DNA of 64,000 nucleotides from the NCBI GenBank assembly GCA_033549025.1, contig JAWSUS010000004.1, forward strand, positions 96,001 through 160,000, read 5' to 3'. This DNA comes from Desulfuromonadales bacterium (GTDB lineage Bacteria > Desulfobacterota > Desulfuromonadia > Desulfuromonadales > SZUA-540). Position 1 is the stretch's first letter. Every line of letters begins with the position of its first letter. The notes below the pieces were generated by a model. It saw only the letters and a list, made by a program, of their open reading frames with translations. It had not been told where the DNA came from and made no database searches. Below, one piece after another: positions 46,705 to 56,568 of the stretch. A program made the translations under genes and the position numbers.

Positions 46705-48138
46705 TTACGGTACGACCGCAGTCGGGGCTTCGATGAAGACAATAAAGTCTCCCGGGGCAACCGTGCCCGGCTCCGTCGAAGCGGTGGCGGCGTCGAAGGT
46801 CGGGGTGATGCGGATGGTGAAGCTCGCGTTGCCGTTGCCGTCAGCGGTCGGCCAGTTGCCGGCATTACCAACGGCGATAAAGGTGTTGATATTCACGTTG
46901 GCAAAATCGTCGATGTCACCAGGGATCCAGAGCGGATTGCTGTCCCAGGAAGCGACAACATCAGCTGGAATCACCGTACGGTTCAGGGCCGGATTCAACG
47001 GTTCGATGCCGGCAGAGGGAGCAATGGTCCACGTGCCGTCACCGTTGTCAACCGGAACCAGCGACGAACGATAGGTGACCCATTCACCCTGGCAACCTTC
47101 TGCGGCATTAACCTGGGCTACTTCCTCGTTAAAGGCGCCATCACAATGCCCCATGAGGGCATTGTCCGTGTAAACGATGCCATCCATATCAAAGTAGATT
47201 GCACCTTTCAGATTGCTCGAAGGCATCCACTCACCGAACAGGTCCTGATGCGCCGGATGCATTCCCACCGTGCGGATAAAGGTTTCGCCCGCCTCAAGAG
47301 CAAAATTGGCGCGAACGTAGGGGTTAAAGTAGCCCGCCGAGGTATGATGTTTGTCCGGTGCGCCGAACAGGCCGTGCGCCAGCAGTGAATCAAGTTCACC
47401 CTGATTGGCCATGCTGCTCGCAGTCGGATTGTCATTGCTGTGTTTGGTCCCGTTCTTCAAAGCGAAGGCCAGTCCTTGGCCCGGCTGGGCTTCGGTGAAG
47501 ACCCCATTGACCAGGAAGCCGAGCTGCTGGGTGTAGCCGGAGACACGTTGCCCGGTCTGGTTCCCGTACTTCTGCAGGATACGGTAGAGATCTTCCTGAC
47601 CGTTGTCGCTGACGTTGAACGTTAAATCGACGGGAGCGTCAAGAACATAACTGACAACCTTGAAGCGCTTGCTTGACTGCCAGGGATCCGAACATTGCTT
47701 GAGATCAACCCCCCACCAATCGCTCATCTGTGTAGCCTCAGGCGTTGAGTCAGGGTTCCAACCGGCAGACATGATGCAGTTGTCGCCCGTCACATCATCA
47801 CCGGTCACGATACTGAGACCGGGACCCTGGGTGTCGCGCTCTTTCCAGGTCATGGCCCCGTTCGGCAACAGAGTTGTTCCGCCGGCATACTTGGAGTAAC
47901 CACTCGGCATAAAACCGCCCTCAGCGATGGCACCCGTGTTCGGATCGAGCAGGGACCCGGGTTCAACATAATTGTACTGATCAAAAACAAAACCGGGATC
48001 AGTCACATTGGTCGGGGCACCGGGGGTTGCATTGGACATGTCCCAACTACTGATCTCGGCGGCCGCAGAAAAACCGGCCGTTCCAAAGAGGGCTATTAAA
48101 GCCCAGGCAAACGTAAAGAACCTCTTTCTGCATTTCAT
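46705..48138 (-). CDS. Secreted protein resembling the choice-of-anchor F family
   Basis: Signal peptide; pattern KRFK..PVDLTFNV..YRILQKYGNQTG..QLGF..GLFG..GYF recognised from memory; SD GGAGG. Confidence 0.6.
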   Translation of the reverse strand: MKCRKRFFTFAWALIALFGTAGFSAAAEISSWDMSNATPGAPTNVTDPGFVFDQYNYVEPGSLLDPNTGAIAEGGFMPSGYSKYAGGTTLLPNGAMTWKERDTQGPGLSIVTGDDVTGDNCIMSAGWNPDSTPEATQMSDWWGVDLKQCSDPWQSSKRFKVVSYVLDAPVDLTFNVSDNGQEDLYRILQKYGNQTGQRVSGYTQQLGFLVNGVFTEAQPGQGLAFALKNGTKHSNDNPTASSMANQGELDSLLAHGLFGAPDKHHTSAGYFNPYVRANFALEAGETFIRTVGMHPAHQDLFGEWMPSSNLKGAIYFDMDGIVYTDNALMGHCDGAFNEEVAQVNAAEGCQGEWVTYRSSLVPVDNGDGTWTIAPSAGIEPLNPALNRTVIPADVVASWDSNPLWIPGDIDDFANVNINTFIAVGNAGNWPTADGNGNASFTIRITPTFDAATASTEPGTVAPGDFIVFIEAPTAVVP

Positions 48139-48309
48139 TGGATGTGCCTCCTGTGCTGTGTCGTTCCATTTGAGGTCTGTTCGGGCTGACCATTAGCCCT
48201 TGAATGTCGAATTCTCCAGCGCCGGAAAGACGGATCCCTTCGCCAGAAACTTTCGATACACCCTGCAGGATGTCTCTCCGAAACGTTGACGGAGTTTCGG
48301 CGGATACAT

Positions 48310-48325
48310 AGCACCAGCTGTGCCA
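48310..48325 (-). promoter_or_regulatory. sigma54 promoter of the 48138-44733 unit
   Basis: Minus strand TGGCAC-AGCTG-GTGCT. Confidence 0.6.
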
Positions 48326-48736
48326 GTCGTTTCATTGAGAATGGCTGCGCGTTGATGAAAGGAGGTTTGTTGAGAAATGTTATCGAAAGAACTGCTTGTC
48401 GAAAGCTGGGCGTTATGTTGCGATCACGGCGTTGAAAATAAAAAGATTTTCCCACAGACAAAGCCTGTATCTGAAGAAAAGGGCGCTAGGGGTTTTGTAG
48501 GGTTTTCCCCTTATTTGACATTAATTACCGTTAAGTATTTATGGCGGGACTTGCGGGGGTATTGGTGCTGGTGAATTCCCCGTCAGTAGGGGGAAAACAC
48601 CATTGGATCTGACTAATCTTGAGTTTTGCCCATAAAAATGGAGGTGCTGTGACAGGTATGTTATCCGTCTTTCTTGCGCCGGCATGTTGCCTCTGTTAGC
48701 ATGCAGCGTCCTTCAACGAAAGGGAGGTGAAACGGA

Positions 48737-48940
48737 ATGAAGTACGATGTGGAGAACATTCAGGAGCGTCTGGTTGAACTGGAAATACGCTATACCCACC
48801 TGTCGCAGCAAGCGGAAGAACTTAATGATGAGGTGATTCTCTGTCACCGGCGCCTCGATGGGCTGGAGCGTGAAAATCGTCGCCTGCAGGACGCTCTGAA
48901 ATCCCTGGCGCCCGACACCCCCGAATCGCCCGACGAATGA
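48737..48940 (+). CDS. slyX: SlyX-family protein
   Basis: ERLVELEIRY..EELND coiled coil; strong SD GGAGGTG. Confidence 0.75.
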   Translation: MKYDVENIQERLVELEIRYTHLSQQAEELNDEVILCHRRLDGLERENRRLQDALKSLAPDTPESPDE

Positions 48941-50550
48941 GCCGGTGGCCCGGGCAGGATCTGCTGCTCATCCATCCGCCGGCCGCCAAGCCCGCCGAGC
49001 CTCCCCTGGGGATGGCGTCCCTGCTGGGCCATCTGCGCGGTCACGGCTTCACGGTGGCCGCGCTGGACGCCAACCTGGAGGCCTATCTCTATCTGCTTGA
49101 AACCTCCCGGCTGGAAGGGGCGCTGGGGCCTTCGCCTTCCCGCGCTCTGCAGCGGGCCGTACGGCATGCCCGCTCTTCCCTCGACCTGCTGCGTTCCCCG
49201 GAGTCCCTGCAGAGCTTCGCCCGCTACTCCACGGCAGTGCATCATCTCAATCAGGCTCTGTCCGTCTACAATGGGGAGGGGGGGCGGGAGCGCCTGACCC
49301 TGGGGGATTACCAGCACGGGGATCTTTCCGAGTTTTCTCCCGCCGACCTCGACCGGGCGGCGGCGGGTGAGGTATCCACGCTTTTTGCCCCTTACTTCCG
49401 GGAGCAGGTGCTGCCGCAGCTGGAAGAACAGCGGCCGCGCTGGGTTGCCCTCTCCGTCAATTACCGCCACCAGGTGCTGCCCGCCTTCGAGCTGGCGGGC
49501 ATGATCCGCCGGCAGCTGCCCGACATCGGCCTGGTCGGCGGCGGCGGGATGTTCACCTCCTGGAAGCCGTTTTTGCAGCAGGGCCGGCAGCGTTTTACCT
49601 GCTTCGACCACATCGGTTTCGGTCCCGGCGAGGCGGTGCTGGGCCGGCTGCTGGACGGTCCGAACCCGGCTGGCGCCTATGACCTGGAGGACTCTTCCGC
49701 TATCGCCTTCACGCCGGATTACAGCTTCGCCCCCTTCGCCCGTTATCTCTCCCCCGTGCCGGTGCTGCCACTAGCCGCCTCTCGCGGCTGCTACTGGCAG
49801 AAATGCCTGTTCTGCCCCGAAGCCACCTCGCCGACCCATCCCTGGGCGGCGGTGGGGGATGCCGACTTTGTTCCCTGGCTGCTGGAGCTGAGCGCCCGCT
49901 ACGGCACCGGGCATCTTCATCTCTCCGACAACGCCATCCCGCCGCGCCTGCTCAGGGCGATGGCCGCGCGGGCGGACGAGATGGCAGCGCTGCGCTGGCA
50001 TGGTTTTGTGCGCTTCGAGAAAGCCCTCCTTGACCCCCACCTCGTGCAGGATCTGGCCGCCGGCGGCTGCCGCCTGCTGCAGCTGGGGCTCGAAAGCGGC
50101 TCCCAGGCCGTGCTCGATCGTCTGGGCAAGGGGACTCGCCTGACCGATGTCTCCGCTATTTTGCGCAACCTGCAGCGCGCCGGCATCGCCACCTACGTCT
50201 ACATCATGCTCGGTACCCCCGGCGAGACCGAAGCCGATGCCGAGGCGACCCGGCGTTTTCTCGAAGAGCACGCCGAGGCCGTGACCTTTCTCAATGTGGC
50301 CATCATGAACCTGCCGCGCCAGTCGGAGATGCTGACCCGCCCCGACGACTTCGGCATCGAAGGTGCCAGACTTCCCGCCGACCGCGAATCCCTGGGACTC
50401 TACGAGACCTTTCAGGCCTCTTCCGGCTGGGGGCGCCGCGAGGCCCGACGGTTTCTGCAGCAACGCCTGCTGGCCTCGCCGGCGGTGCGGGCCATGGTCA
50501 ACCGAGTGCCCCCCCTCTTTACCTCCAGCCATGCCTTCCTGTTTTGCTGA
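48937..50550 (+). CDS. B12-binding-domain radical SAM protein
   Basis: HPP..PPLGMASL, SRGCYWQKCLFC, GLESGS and GTPGET motifs. Confidence 0.85.
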   Translation: MSRWPGQDLLLIHPPAAKPAEPPLGMASLLGHLRGHGFTVAALDANLEAYLYLLETSRLEGALGPSPSRALQRAVRHARSSLDLLRSPESLQSFARYSTAVHHLNQALSVYNGEGGRERLTLGDYQHGDLSEFSPADLDRAAAGEVSTLFAPYFREQVLPQLEEQRPRWVALSVNYRHQVLPAFELAGMIRRQLPDIGLVGGGGMFTSWKPFLQQGRQRFTCFDHIGFGPGEAVLGRLLDGPNPAGAYDLEDSSAIAFTPDYSFAPFARYLSPVPVLPLAASRGCYWQKCLFCPEATSPTHPWAAVGDADFVPWLLELSARYGTGHLHLSDNAIPPRLLRAMAARADEMAALRWHGFVRFEKALLDPHLVQDLAAGGCRLLQLGLESGSQAVLDRLGKGTRLTDVSAILRNLQRAGIATYVYIMLGTPGETEADAEATRRFLEEHAEAVTFLNVAIMNLPRQSEMLTRPDDFGIEGARLPADRESLGLYETFQASSGWGRREARRFLQQRLLASPAVRAMVNRVPPLFTSSHAFLFC

Positions 50551-50631
50551 ACAGGCCATTGACAGGGCGTTTTTCAGGGTGTTAGTCTTAATCGCTTAAG
50601 TTCCCGACACCCGACGAGGAGGAAGAAGATC

Positions 50632-51987
50632 ATGGAAAAAAAGCTGGAGATGCTCCTCGATACGGTTAAAAAACTGATTCGCCGCGGGGCCTACCCCAAT
50701 CTCACCAAGGTTATCGCCAAGACCCATCCCGTCGATATCGCCCACCTGTTCCGCTACCTCGATCTCAAGGAGCAGCGCATCCTCTTCAACCTGATCGAAG
50801 AGGCCGAGACGGCGGCTTACGTCCTTTCCGAACTCGACCACAGCGTCGGCGCCCAGCTGCTCGAACAGATCGAGACGGAGACGATCACCGAAGTTCTGCA
50901 GGAGATGCCCTACGACGACGCCGTCGACATCATCCGCAACATGCCGGAGGAACTGGCGGAAGAGATCCTCAACATCATGCAGGACGAGCACTCGGAGGAG
51001 ATCGAGCAGCTCCTGCGCTACGATGAGGATACGGCCGGCGGCATCATGTCGACGGAGATCTTCTCCCTCAACCAGGATCTCAGCGTCAAAAAGGCCGTCG
51101 AGTCGCTGCAGCAGGCCGAGGACGTGGAGATGGTCTTCTACCTCTACGTCACCGACGAGAACAACCACCTGGTCGGGGTGCTCTCCCTGCGTCAGCTGCT
51201 GACCGTGCCGCCGTCAACCCTGCTCAAAGACATCATGATCCGCGACGTCATCAGCGTTCGCACCGACATGGACCAGGAAGAGGTCGCCCTGCTGGTCGCC
51301 AAGTACAACATTCTGGCCATCCCCGTCGTGGATGACAGCAACAAGCTCATGGGGATCATCACCGTCGATGACGTTATCGACGTCATGCGGCAGGAGGCCA
51401 CCGAAGATATCTACAAGATGGCCGGCGCCAGCGAGGAAGAGCTGCTGTACGGCTACAAATCTTTCAAGATCGCCCGTCTGCGCCTGCCCTGGCTGGTGAC
51501 CAACCTCTTCGGCGGCGTCGTCACCGGCTATCTCATGTGGCGCTTCAAGGCCACCCTCGAGCAGGTCATCGCCCTCATCTCCTTCATCCCGGTTATCACC
51601 GGCATGGGCGGCAACGTCGGCGGACAGTCCGCCACCATCGTTGTGCGCGGCTTCGCCACCGGTCGCATCGATTTCTCGACCCTGCGCCAGGTTTTTTTCA
51701 AGGAACTGCGCGTGGGGATGATCATGGGGGCCGTCTGCGGCTTGGTCGTCGGCCTAGTCGCTTTCATCTGGCACCACAATATCTATCTGGGCCTGGTCGT
51801 CGGTCTGGCCATGGTCACCGCCATGACCGTGGCGGCCACCATGGGGGTTGTCGCCACCTCCTTCTTCAAGAGAATCGGTATCGATCCGGCCATCGCCTCC
51901 AGCCCCTTCGTGCAGACCGCCAACGACATCACCGGCATCCTGATCTATTTCGGCACCGCCACCATGTTTCTCAGCTATCTCGCCTAG
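50632..51987 (+). CDS. mgtE: Magnesium transporter MgtE
   Basis: TAGGIM, CBS pair, RLPWL, MGGNVGGQS and DPAIASSPF..ND motifs. Confidence 0.95.
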   Translation: MEKKLEMLLDTVKKLIRRGAYPNLTKVIAKTHPVDIAHLFRYLDLKEQRILFNLIEEAETAAYVLSELDHSVGAQLLEQIETETITEVLQEMPYDDAVDIIRNMPEELAEEILNIMQDEHSEEIEQLLRYDEDTAGGIMSTEIFSLNQDLSVKKAVESLQQAEDVEMVFYLYVTDENNHLVGVLSLRQLLTVPPSTLLKDIMIRDVISVRTDMDQEEVALLVAKYNILAIPVVDDSNKLMGIITVDDVIDVMRQEATEDIYKMAGASEEELLYGYKSFKIARLRLPWLVTNLFGGVVTGYLMWRFKATLEQVIALISFIPVITGMGGNVGGQSATIVVRGFATGRIDFSTLRQVFFKELRVGMIMGAVCGLVVGLVAFIWHHNIYLGLVVGLAMVTAMTVAATMGVVATSFFKRIGIDPAIASSPFVQTANDITGILIYFGTATMFLSYLA

Positions 51988-52052
51988 GAATCGCGCCGGA
52001 ACCTTATTGGCAACCAACTAAGATCTTGGCCGTGGGAAGGACTTTTTAGTCA

Positions 52053-54029
52053 ATGGGTATCGCAGCGGATATCGTCATCATCATCGTTGCCGGTCTGCTC
52101 GGGGCGCTGGTCGCCCATCGCCTGAAGCAGCCTTTGATGCTGGGCTATATCCTGGCCGGCGTTTTGGTTGGCCCCTTTACCGGGGGGGTCTCGGTGGCGG
52201 ATGCCCATGACATCGAAAAGCTGGCCGAAATTGGCGTCGCCCTGCTGCTTTTTGCCCTGGGCCTCGAGTTTTCGCTGAAAGAGCTGCGGCCTGTCCGCAC
52301 GATCGCCCTGGTGGGGACGCCGCTACAGATCCTGCTGACCCTGGGCTTTGGTTTTTTCATCGGCCGCTGGCTGGGCTGGGACAGGGTGCCATCCTTGTGG
52401 CTGGGGGGCGTGGTCTCCTTTTCCAGCACCATGGTCATTCTCAAGACCCTGATGAACCAGGGGGTGATGGGAACCCTCTCCAGCCGCGTCATGATCGGCA
52501 TCCTCATCGTGCAGGATCTGGCCGTGGTGCCGATGATGATCATGCTTCCCCAGTTGAGCGATCCGGCCTCGGGGTTGCCGACCCTCGGTTTTGCCGCCAT
52601 CAAGTCGGCGGTCTTTCTGGCTTTCATGCTGCTGCTCGGCACCAAGCTGCTGCCGAAACTGCTGGCCATCATCGCCCGCTGGGATTCACGGGAGCTCTTT
52701 CTGCTCTCCATCACCGCCATCGGCCTCGGCATCGGTTACGCCACCTATCTGGCCGGGCTCTCTTTCGCCTTCGGCGCCTTTGTCGCCGGCATCGTGCTGA
52801 GCGAATCGGATTACGGCCACCAGGCCCTGAGCGACATCATCCCCCTGCGCGACCTTTTCGGTCTGCTCTTCTTCACCTCCGTCGGCATGCTGCTCAATCC
52901 GGCCTTCGTCATGGCCAACTGGTTCGAAGTGCTCGCCCTCGTCCTGATGGTGGCGCTCGGCAAGGGGGTCATCATGGGGGTCTTGGCGCGCGGCTTCGGT
53001 TATGGCAACGTCATCCCTCTGGCGACGGGGCTGGGCATGTTCCAGATCGGCGAATTTTCCTTTCTGCTCGCCCAGGAAGGCTACGGGATCGGCGCCCTGA
53101 GCCTCGATCAGTATTCCCTCATTCTGGCGGCCACCATCATCAGCATGTTCCTGACGCCCGTCGTGTCGGGACTGACGGCCCCGCTCTATGCCCTGCGCCA
53201 GCGCTTCGGCAGCAACGATACGCTGGAGGTCATCAATCTGCCGGCCGAAGAGCTCAAGGACCACATCGTCGTGGTCGGCGGCGGGCGGGTCGGTCAGCAT
53301 GTGGCCCGGGTGCTGCGTCAGATCGATGTGCCCTTCGTCATTGTGGAGGTCAACCACCGGCGCTTTGAGGAATGCAAGCGGGCCCGGCTGCCGGCTATTT
53401 TCGGCGACGCCAGTCAGAACATCGTCCTTGAAGCGGCGCGGATTCACAGCGCCCAGCAGCTGCTCATTACCGCCCCGGCGGTCATTTCGGCCCAGTCCAT
53501 CGTCCGGCATGTGCGGCAGTTTTATCCCGATCTGAACATCGTTGTGCGCGCCCATGGGGAGGATCAGATGCGCTCCCTTTACGAGGAAGGTGTCTACATG
53601 GTCATCCTGCCGGAACTGGAGGCGGGACTGGAGATCGCCCGTCAGGCCCTTCTTCACCTGAAGATGCCCATTCCGGTCATCCAGCGCTATACCGACGCCA
53701 TCCGCCGCGAACTCTATCACCCCCTCTCCGAAGGGCGGGACGACCATCAGGAGATCCGTCAGCTGCGGCGGGCTGGTGACCTGCTGGAGTTGAGCTGGGA
53801 GCGCCTGGCCGCCGGCAACCCCATGGTGGGCAAGAATCTGCGGGATTTGGAGGTCAGGCGCCGCACCGGCGTCTCCATCGTCGGCGTCATCCGGCAAGGG
53901 GAATTTCTCCCCAACCCTGAAGCCGATTTCCATTTCGCCGAAGGCGATCTGATCGCCACCATCGGCAATACCGCCCAGCGGCAGGCCTTCAATGCCGCCA
54001 TGATGAAAAAGGCGAGTCCGACGACCTGA
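52053..54029 (+). CDS. CPA2 cation:proton antiporter with TrkA-N and TrkA-C domains
   Basis: [30 protein letters not shown] and GGGRVG motifs. Confidence 0.9.
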   Translation: MGIAADIVIIIVAGLLGALVAHRLKQPLMLGYILAGVLVGPFTGGVSVADAHDIEKLAEIGVALLLFALGLEFSLKELRPVRTIALVGTPLQILLTLGFGFFIGRWLGWDRVPSLWLGGVVSFSSTMVILKTLMNQGVMGTLSSRVMIGILIVQDLAVVPMMIMLPQLSDPASGLPTLGFAAIKSAVFLAFMLLLGTKLLPKLLAIIARWDSRELFLLSITAIGLGIGYATYLAGLSFAFGAFVAGIVLSESDYGHQALSDIIPLRDLFGLLFFTSVGMLLNPAFVMANWFEVLALVLMVALGKGVIMGVLARGFGYGNVIPLATGLGMFQIGEFSFLLAQEGYGIGALSLDQYSLILAATIISMFLTPVVSGLTAPLYALRQRFGSNDTLEVINLPAEELKDHIVVVGGGRVGQHVARVLRQIDVPFVIVEVNHRRFEECKRARLPAIFGDASQNIVLEAARIHSAQQLLITAPAVISAQSIVRHVRQFYPDLNIVVRAHGEDQMRSLYEEGVYMVILPELEAGLEIARQALLHLKMPIPVIQRYTDAIRRELYHPLSEGRDDHQEIRQLRRAGDLLELSWERLAAGNPMVGKNLRDLEVRRRTGVSIVGVIRQGEFLPNPEADFHFAEGDLIATIGNTAQRQAFNAAMMKKASPTT

Positions 54030-54051
54030 AGTGCCAAGGAGCTGAGGATTC

Positions 54052-54462
54052 ATGTCTGATCGGCGGACGAAAATAATCGACAGCAGGGTGCTCAGGCTGC
54101 TGCTTACCGCAGCCGGGCTGGTCAGTACGGCACTGGCAGTGCTCGGTATCTTTCTGCCCCTGCTGCCGACCGTGCCTCTGCTTCTGCTGGCCGCCGCCTG
54201 CTTCGCCCGGGGCTCCGAACGCTTTCACAACTGGCTCCTCGACCATCCCCACCTGGGACCGATGATTCGTGGCTATCTCGATGGTCAGGGGATCCCCCTG
54301 CGCGCCAAGATCACCGCCATCACCCTTATCTGGATCAGCATTCCCGTTTCCGTTTTTTTTCTCATCCCCCTCTTCTGGGTCAAAGTCTTCCTTATCGCCA
54401 TCGGCCTGTGCGTCACCATCTATCTGCTGCGCCTGCCGGTATGCGAGGGGGGCGAAGAATAA
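54052..54462 (+). CDS. YbaN/DUF454-family membrane protein
   Basis: GIFLPLLPTVPLLLLAAACFARGSERFHNWL. Confidence 0.88.
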   Translation: MSDRRTKIIDSRVLRLLLTAAGLVSTALAVLGIFLPLLPTVPLLLLAAACFARGSERFHNWLLDHPHLGPMIRGYLDGQGIPLRAKITAITLIWISIPVSVFFLIPLFWVKVFLIAIGLCVTIYLLRLPVCEGGEE

Positions 54463-54465
54463 CCG

Positions 54466-55569
54466 TCAGAACGCTAAAGCCAGTTGGGCGGTGACCTGGT
54501 CCCGGCGATCCAGCCCGATGCCTTCCTCGTTGAAGCCGAATCCCCGGCTGAATTCGGCGCGCAGATATTCGAGAGACAAGGTGGCGTTAGGCCAGGGGCT
54601 CCAGGACAGATCCAGACCGTACTGCCGCCGCGGCTGCCCGAGAAATTCGTCGCTGCCTTCCCAGCGCAGGGCCAGTTGGAGATCGTCACGCATGGTCCAG
54701 AAGGCCTCCACATTCCAGGCTGTCGGTTTGTCGCCCATTCCATTTCCGTCGCCGTCGAGATCTGCGGCCGCGAAAGATCGCGTCGCTCCCAGAATCTCCG
54801 CTAAAATCCCGCCCCTGTTGCCGGCGGCCAGCACAAAGGCGCTCCAGCCGGGCACACGGCGTTCGTAGGTCGTCACGATGGCCGCGTCGCTGTCGGCCAG
54901 GTCGGCCAGGTAGCTGCCGCCGAATTCAATCCCGTCCCGGGGAGTGAAAATCAGGCTGGCGCCCCAGTCGCGGATATGGTCTTCCTCTTCCAGGCGCTCG
55001 CTGTCACCGTTAAAGGCAAACAGGGACAGGGAGAAGAGGTCCCGGTCATAGCCGAGCAGAGTCGCCGTTTCGCGGGTTTCCCCCAGTTCGAGGGTCAGCG
55101 GATCGCTGATGAAATGACTGTGGTAGACGCCGAAGGGAAGATAGATGCGGCCGATTCGCCCGAAAAACGGGTCCAGGTTGAAATCGACCGAGGCCTCGTC
55201 CACCTCGAAATCAGTAGTATCTTCTTCATAGAGGAAGTTGATGCTGCCTCGGACCCGGTCGGTGAATGTCATCCCCAAGCCGAGTTGGGTCGTGGCCAGC
55301 ACCAGGTCGCTGCTGCTTTGGGTTCGGCCGTCGTCCAGATGCATCTTGGCAGCGGTTGCCTCCACTTCCAGCAGGCCGGAAAAAGTCAGTCGTTCCCCCA
55401 GGGCAGTCGCCAGGCCGGCGGCCTTTTTTTCGGCCAGCGTGTGGTAGAGCTCGCTCTGCCGGCGCTCCAGATCTGCCAGGCGCTCTTCCAGCGTAGCGGC
55501 CGCCGCCTGGCTGAGAAGAGAGAGGGAGAGCAGGACGGACGTTAACAGAATGATCACAGGGTTTTTCAT
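54466..55569 (-). CDS. Outer-membrane porin, LbtU (siderophore porin)-like
   Basis: Signal peptide, coiled coil, SGLLEVEA, GRIYLPFG..HFISDPLTLELGETRE and C-terminal QLALAF. Confidence 0.78.
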   Translation of the reverse strand: MKNPVIILLTSVLLSLSLLSQAAAATLEERLADLERRQSELYHTLAEKKAAGLATALGERLTFSGLLEVEATAAKMHLDDGRTQSSSDLVLATTQLGLGMTFTDRVRGSINFLYEEDTTDFEVDEASVDFNLDPFFGRIGRIYLPFGVYHSHFISDPLTLELGETRETATLLGYDRDLFSLSLFAFNGDSERLEEEDHIRDWGASLIFTPRDGIEFGGSYLADLADSDAAIVTTYERRVPGWSAFVLAAGNRGGILAEILGATRSFAAADLDGDGNGMGDKPTAWNVEAFWTMRDDLQLALRWEGSDEFLGQPRRQYGLDLSWSPWPNATLSLEYLRAEFSRGFGFNEEGIGLDRRDQVTAQLALAF

Positions 55570-55623
55570 GTAACAGGGCCTCCATGGGATTGAATCGCTT
55601 CCTGAAAAGTCAGTATATAAAAA

Positions 55624-55638
55624 CGAAAACCGATTTCA
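55624..55638. promoter_or_regulatory. Fur-type box upstream of the porin
   Basis: CGAAAAC-C-GATTTCA, two mismatches from the 56395 palindrome. Confidence 0.55.
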
Positions 55639-55639
55639 A

Positions 55640-56305
55640 TTAGTGGGTCAAAAAAAAGCTGTTGCCGCCGGTGAGCGAGGATTGTCCGGTGACCTGGTGG
55701 GCCAGTCGACGGGCCATCCGGTTTCGGCAGTGGGTGAAGCGTTGGGCCAGTTGCAGGCTGCGGCGAGGATCACCGTAGATTCGCCAGAGACGCTGGCAGC
55801 TGAAGGGGAGGGAGACCCACCCCATGAAAGCGGCGACATCCTTGAGAGGATAACCGAGAAAAACACCGATTTCATGCGGGAAACCGTCGCCGGCCTGCAG
55901 GCGCTCCTGCAACTCGGCCAGAACGCGATCCGGGTGAAAGGGCGCCTGATAACCAGCCCGGCGCAACACGGCCATGACGTTGGGGCGGGAGAGGAGAGCC
56001 GCGAAGACCTCGGGCCGGTAGACCAGCAGCAGCAAGGACTCGCCGCGGTCAATCAGGACGCTGGGGGTGAGGCCGCTGTCGGCCAGCAGGTCGTCGCCAT
56101 GCTGCTTCCAGAGCTGATAGAGATTGCGTCCGCAGGGCTGGGGTCTGTTGGCAATATTGATGAGGTTGGCCGGCTTGACGCCATCGAGGATTTCGGCCGT
56201 CTCCAGAGCCAGAAACGCCGCGCAGCACGCGCGTTCATCGAGGAAGAGAGGGGCCAGATGATTCCAGCCAAGATGCTTTGCGGGGTGAGTGGCTGCCGCA
56301 GACAT
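55640..56305 (-). CDS. DUF3793-family protein
   Basis: GVKPANL and FPHEIGVFLGYPLKDV..F..WRIYG motifs. Confidence 0.85.
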   Translation of the reverse strand: MSAAATHPAKHLGWNHLAPLFLDERACCAAFLALETAEILDGVKPANLINIANRPQPCGRNLYQLWKQHGDDLLADSGLTPSVLIDRGESLLLLVYRPEVFAALLSRPNVMAVLRRAGYQAPFHPDRVLAELQERLQAGDGFPHEIGVFLGYPLKDVAAFMGWVSLPFSCQRLWRIYGDPRRSLQLAQRFTHCRNRMARRLAHQVTGQSSLTGGNSFFLTH

Positions 56306-56394
56306 GAGAAACCTCCATGTATTGATAGAAAACAGGGGTCAACGACCACGGTTTCGAGGCTACGTTAACAGGGGCTGCCAAGTCAAGATAAAAA

Positions 56395-56409
56395 TGAAAA
56401 CCGTTTTCA
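56395..56409. promoter_or_regulatory. Fur-type box
   Basis: Perfect 7-1-7 palindrome TGAAAAC-C-GTTTTCA in the divergent promoter. Confidence 0.7.
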
Positions 56410-56568
56410 AAAAGTCGAGCTCCCCAGTCTGTCCAGGGTATGACGGCGGTGCTCTGGATGTTTTTCCGGGATAGTAGCCATGCGGCGACGGGCGGTCGGC
56501 ATCCCCTTGCACTGCTGCCGAAAAAGATTAGAGTTTTATGAAGTGTGAGGTGGCGAAAGGGGGAAGGT

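Noticed and set aside
48139..48309. Structured leader as a possible c-di-GMP (GEMM) riboswitch
   Set aside because: Hairpins exist but I could not find the conserved GEMM sequence elements. An Infernal/Rfam scan would be needed.
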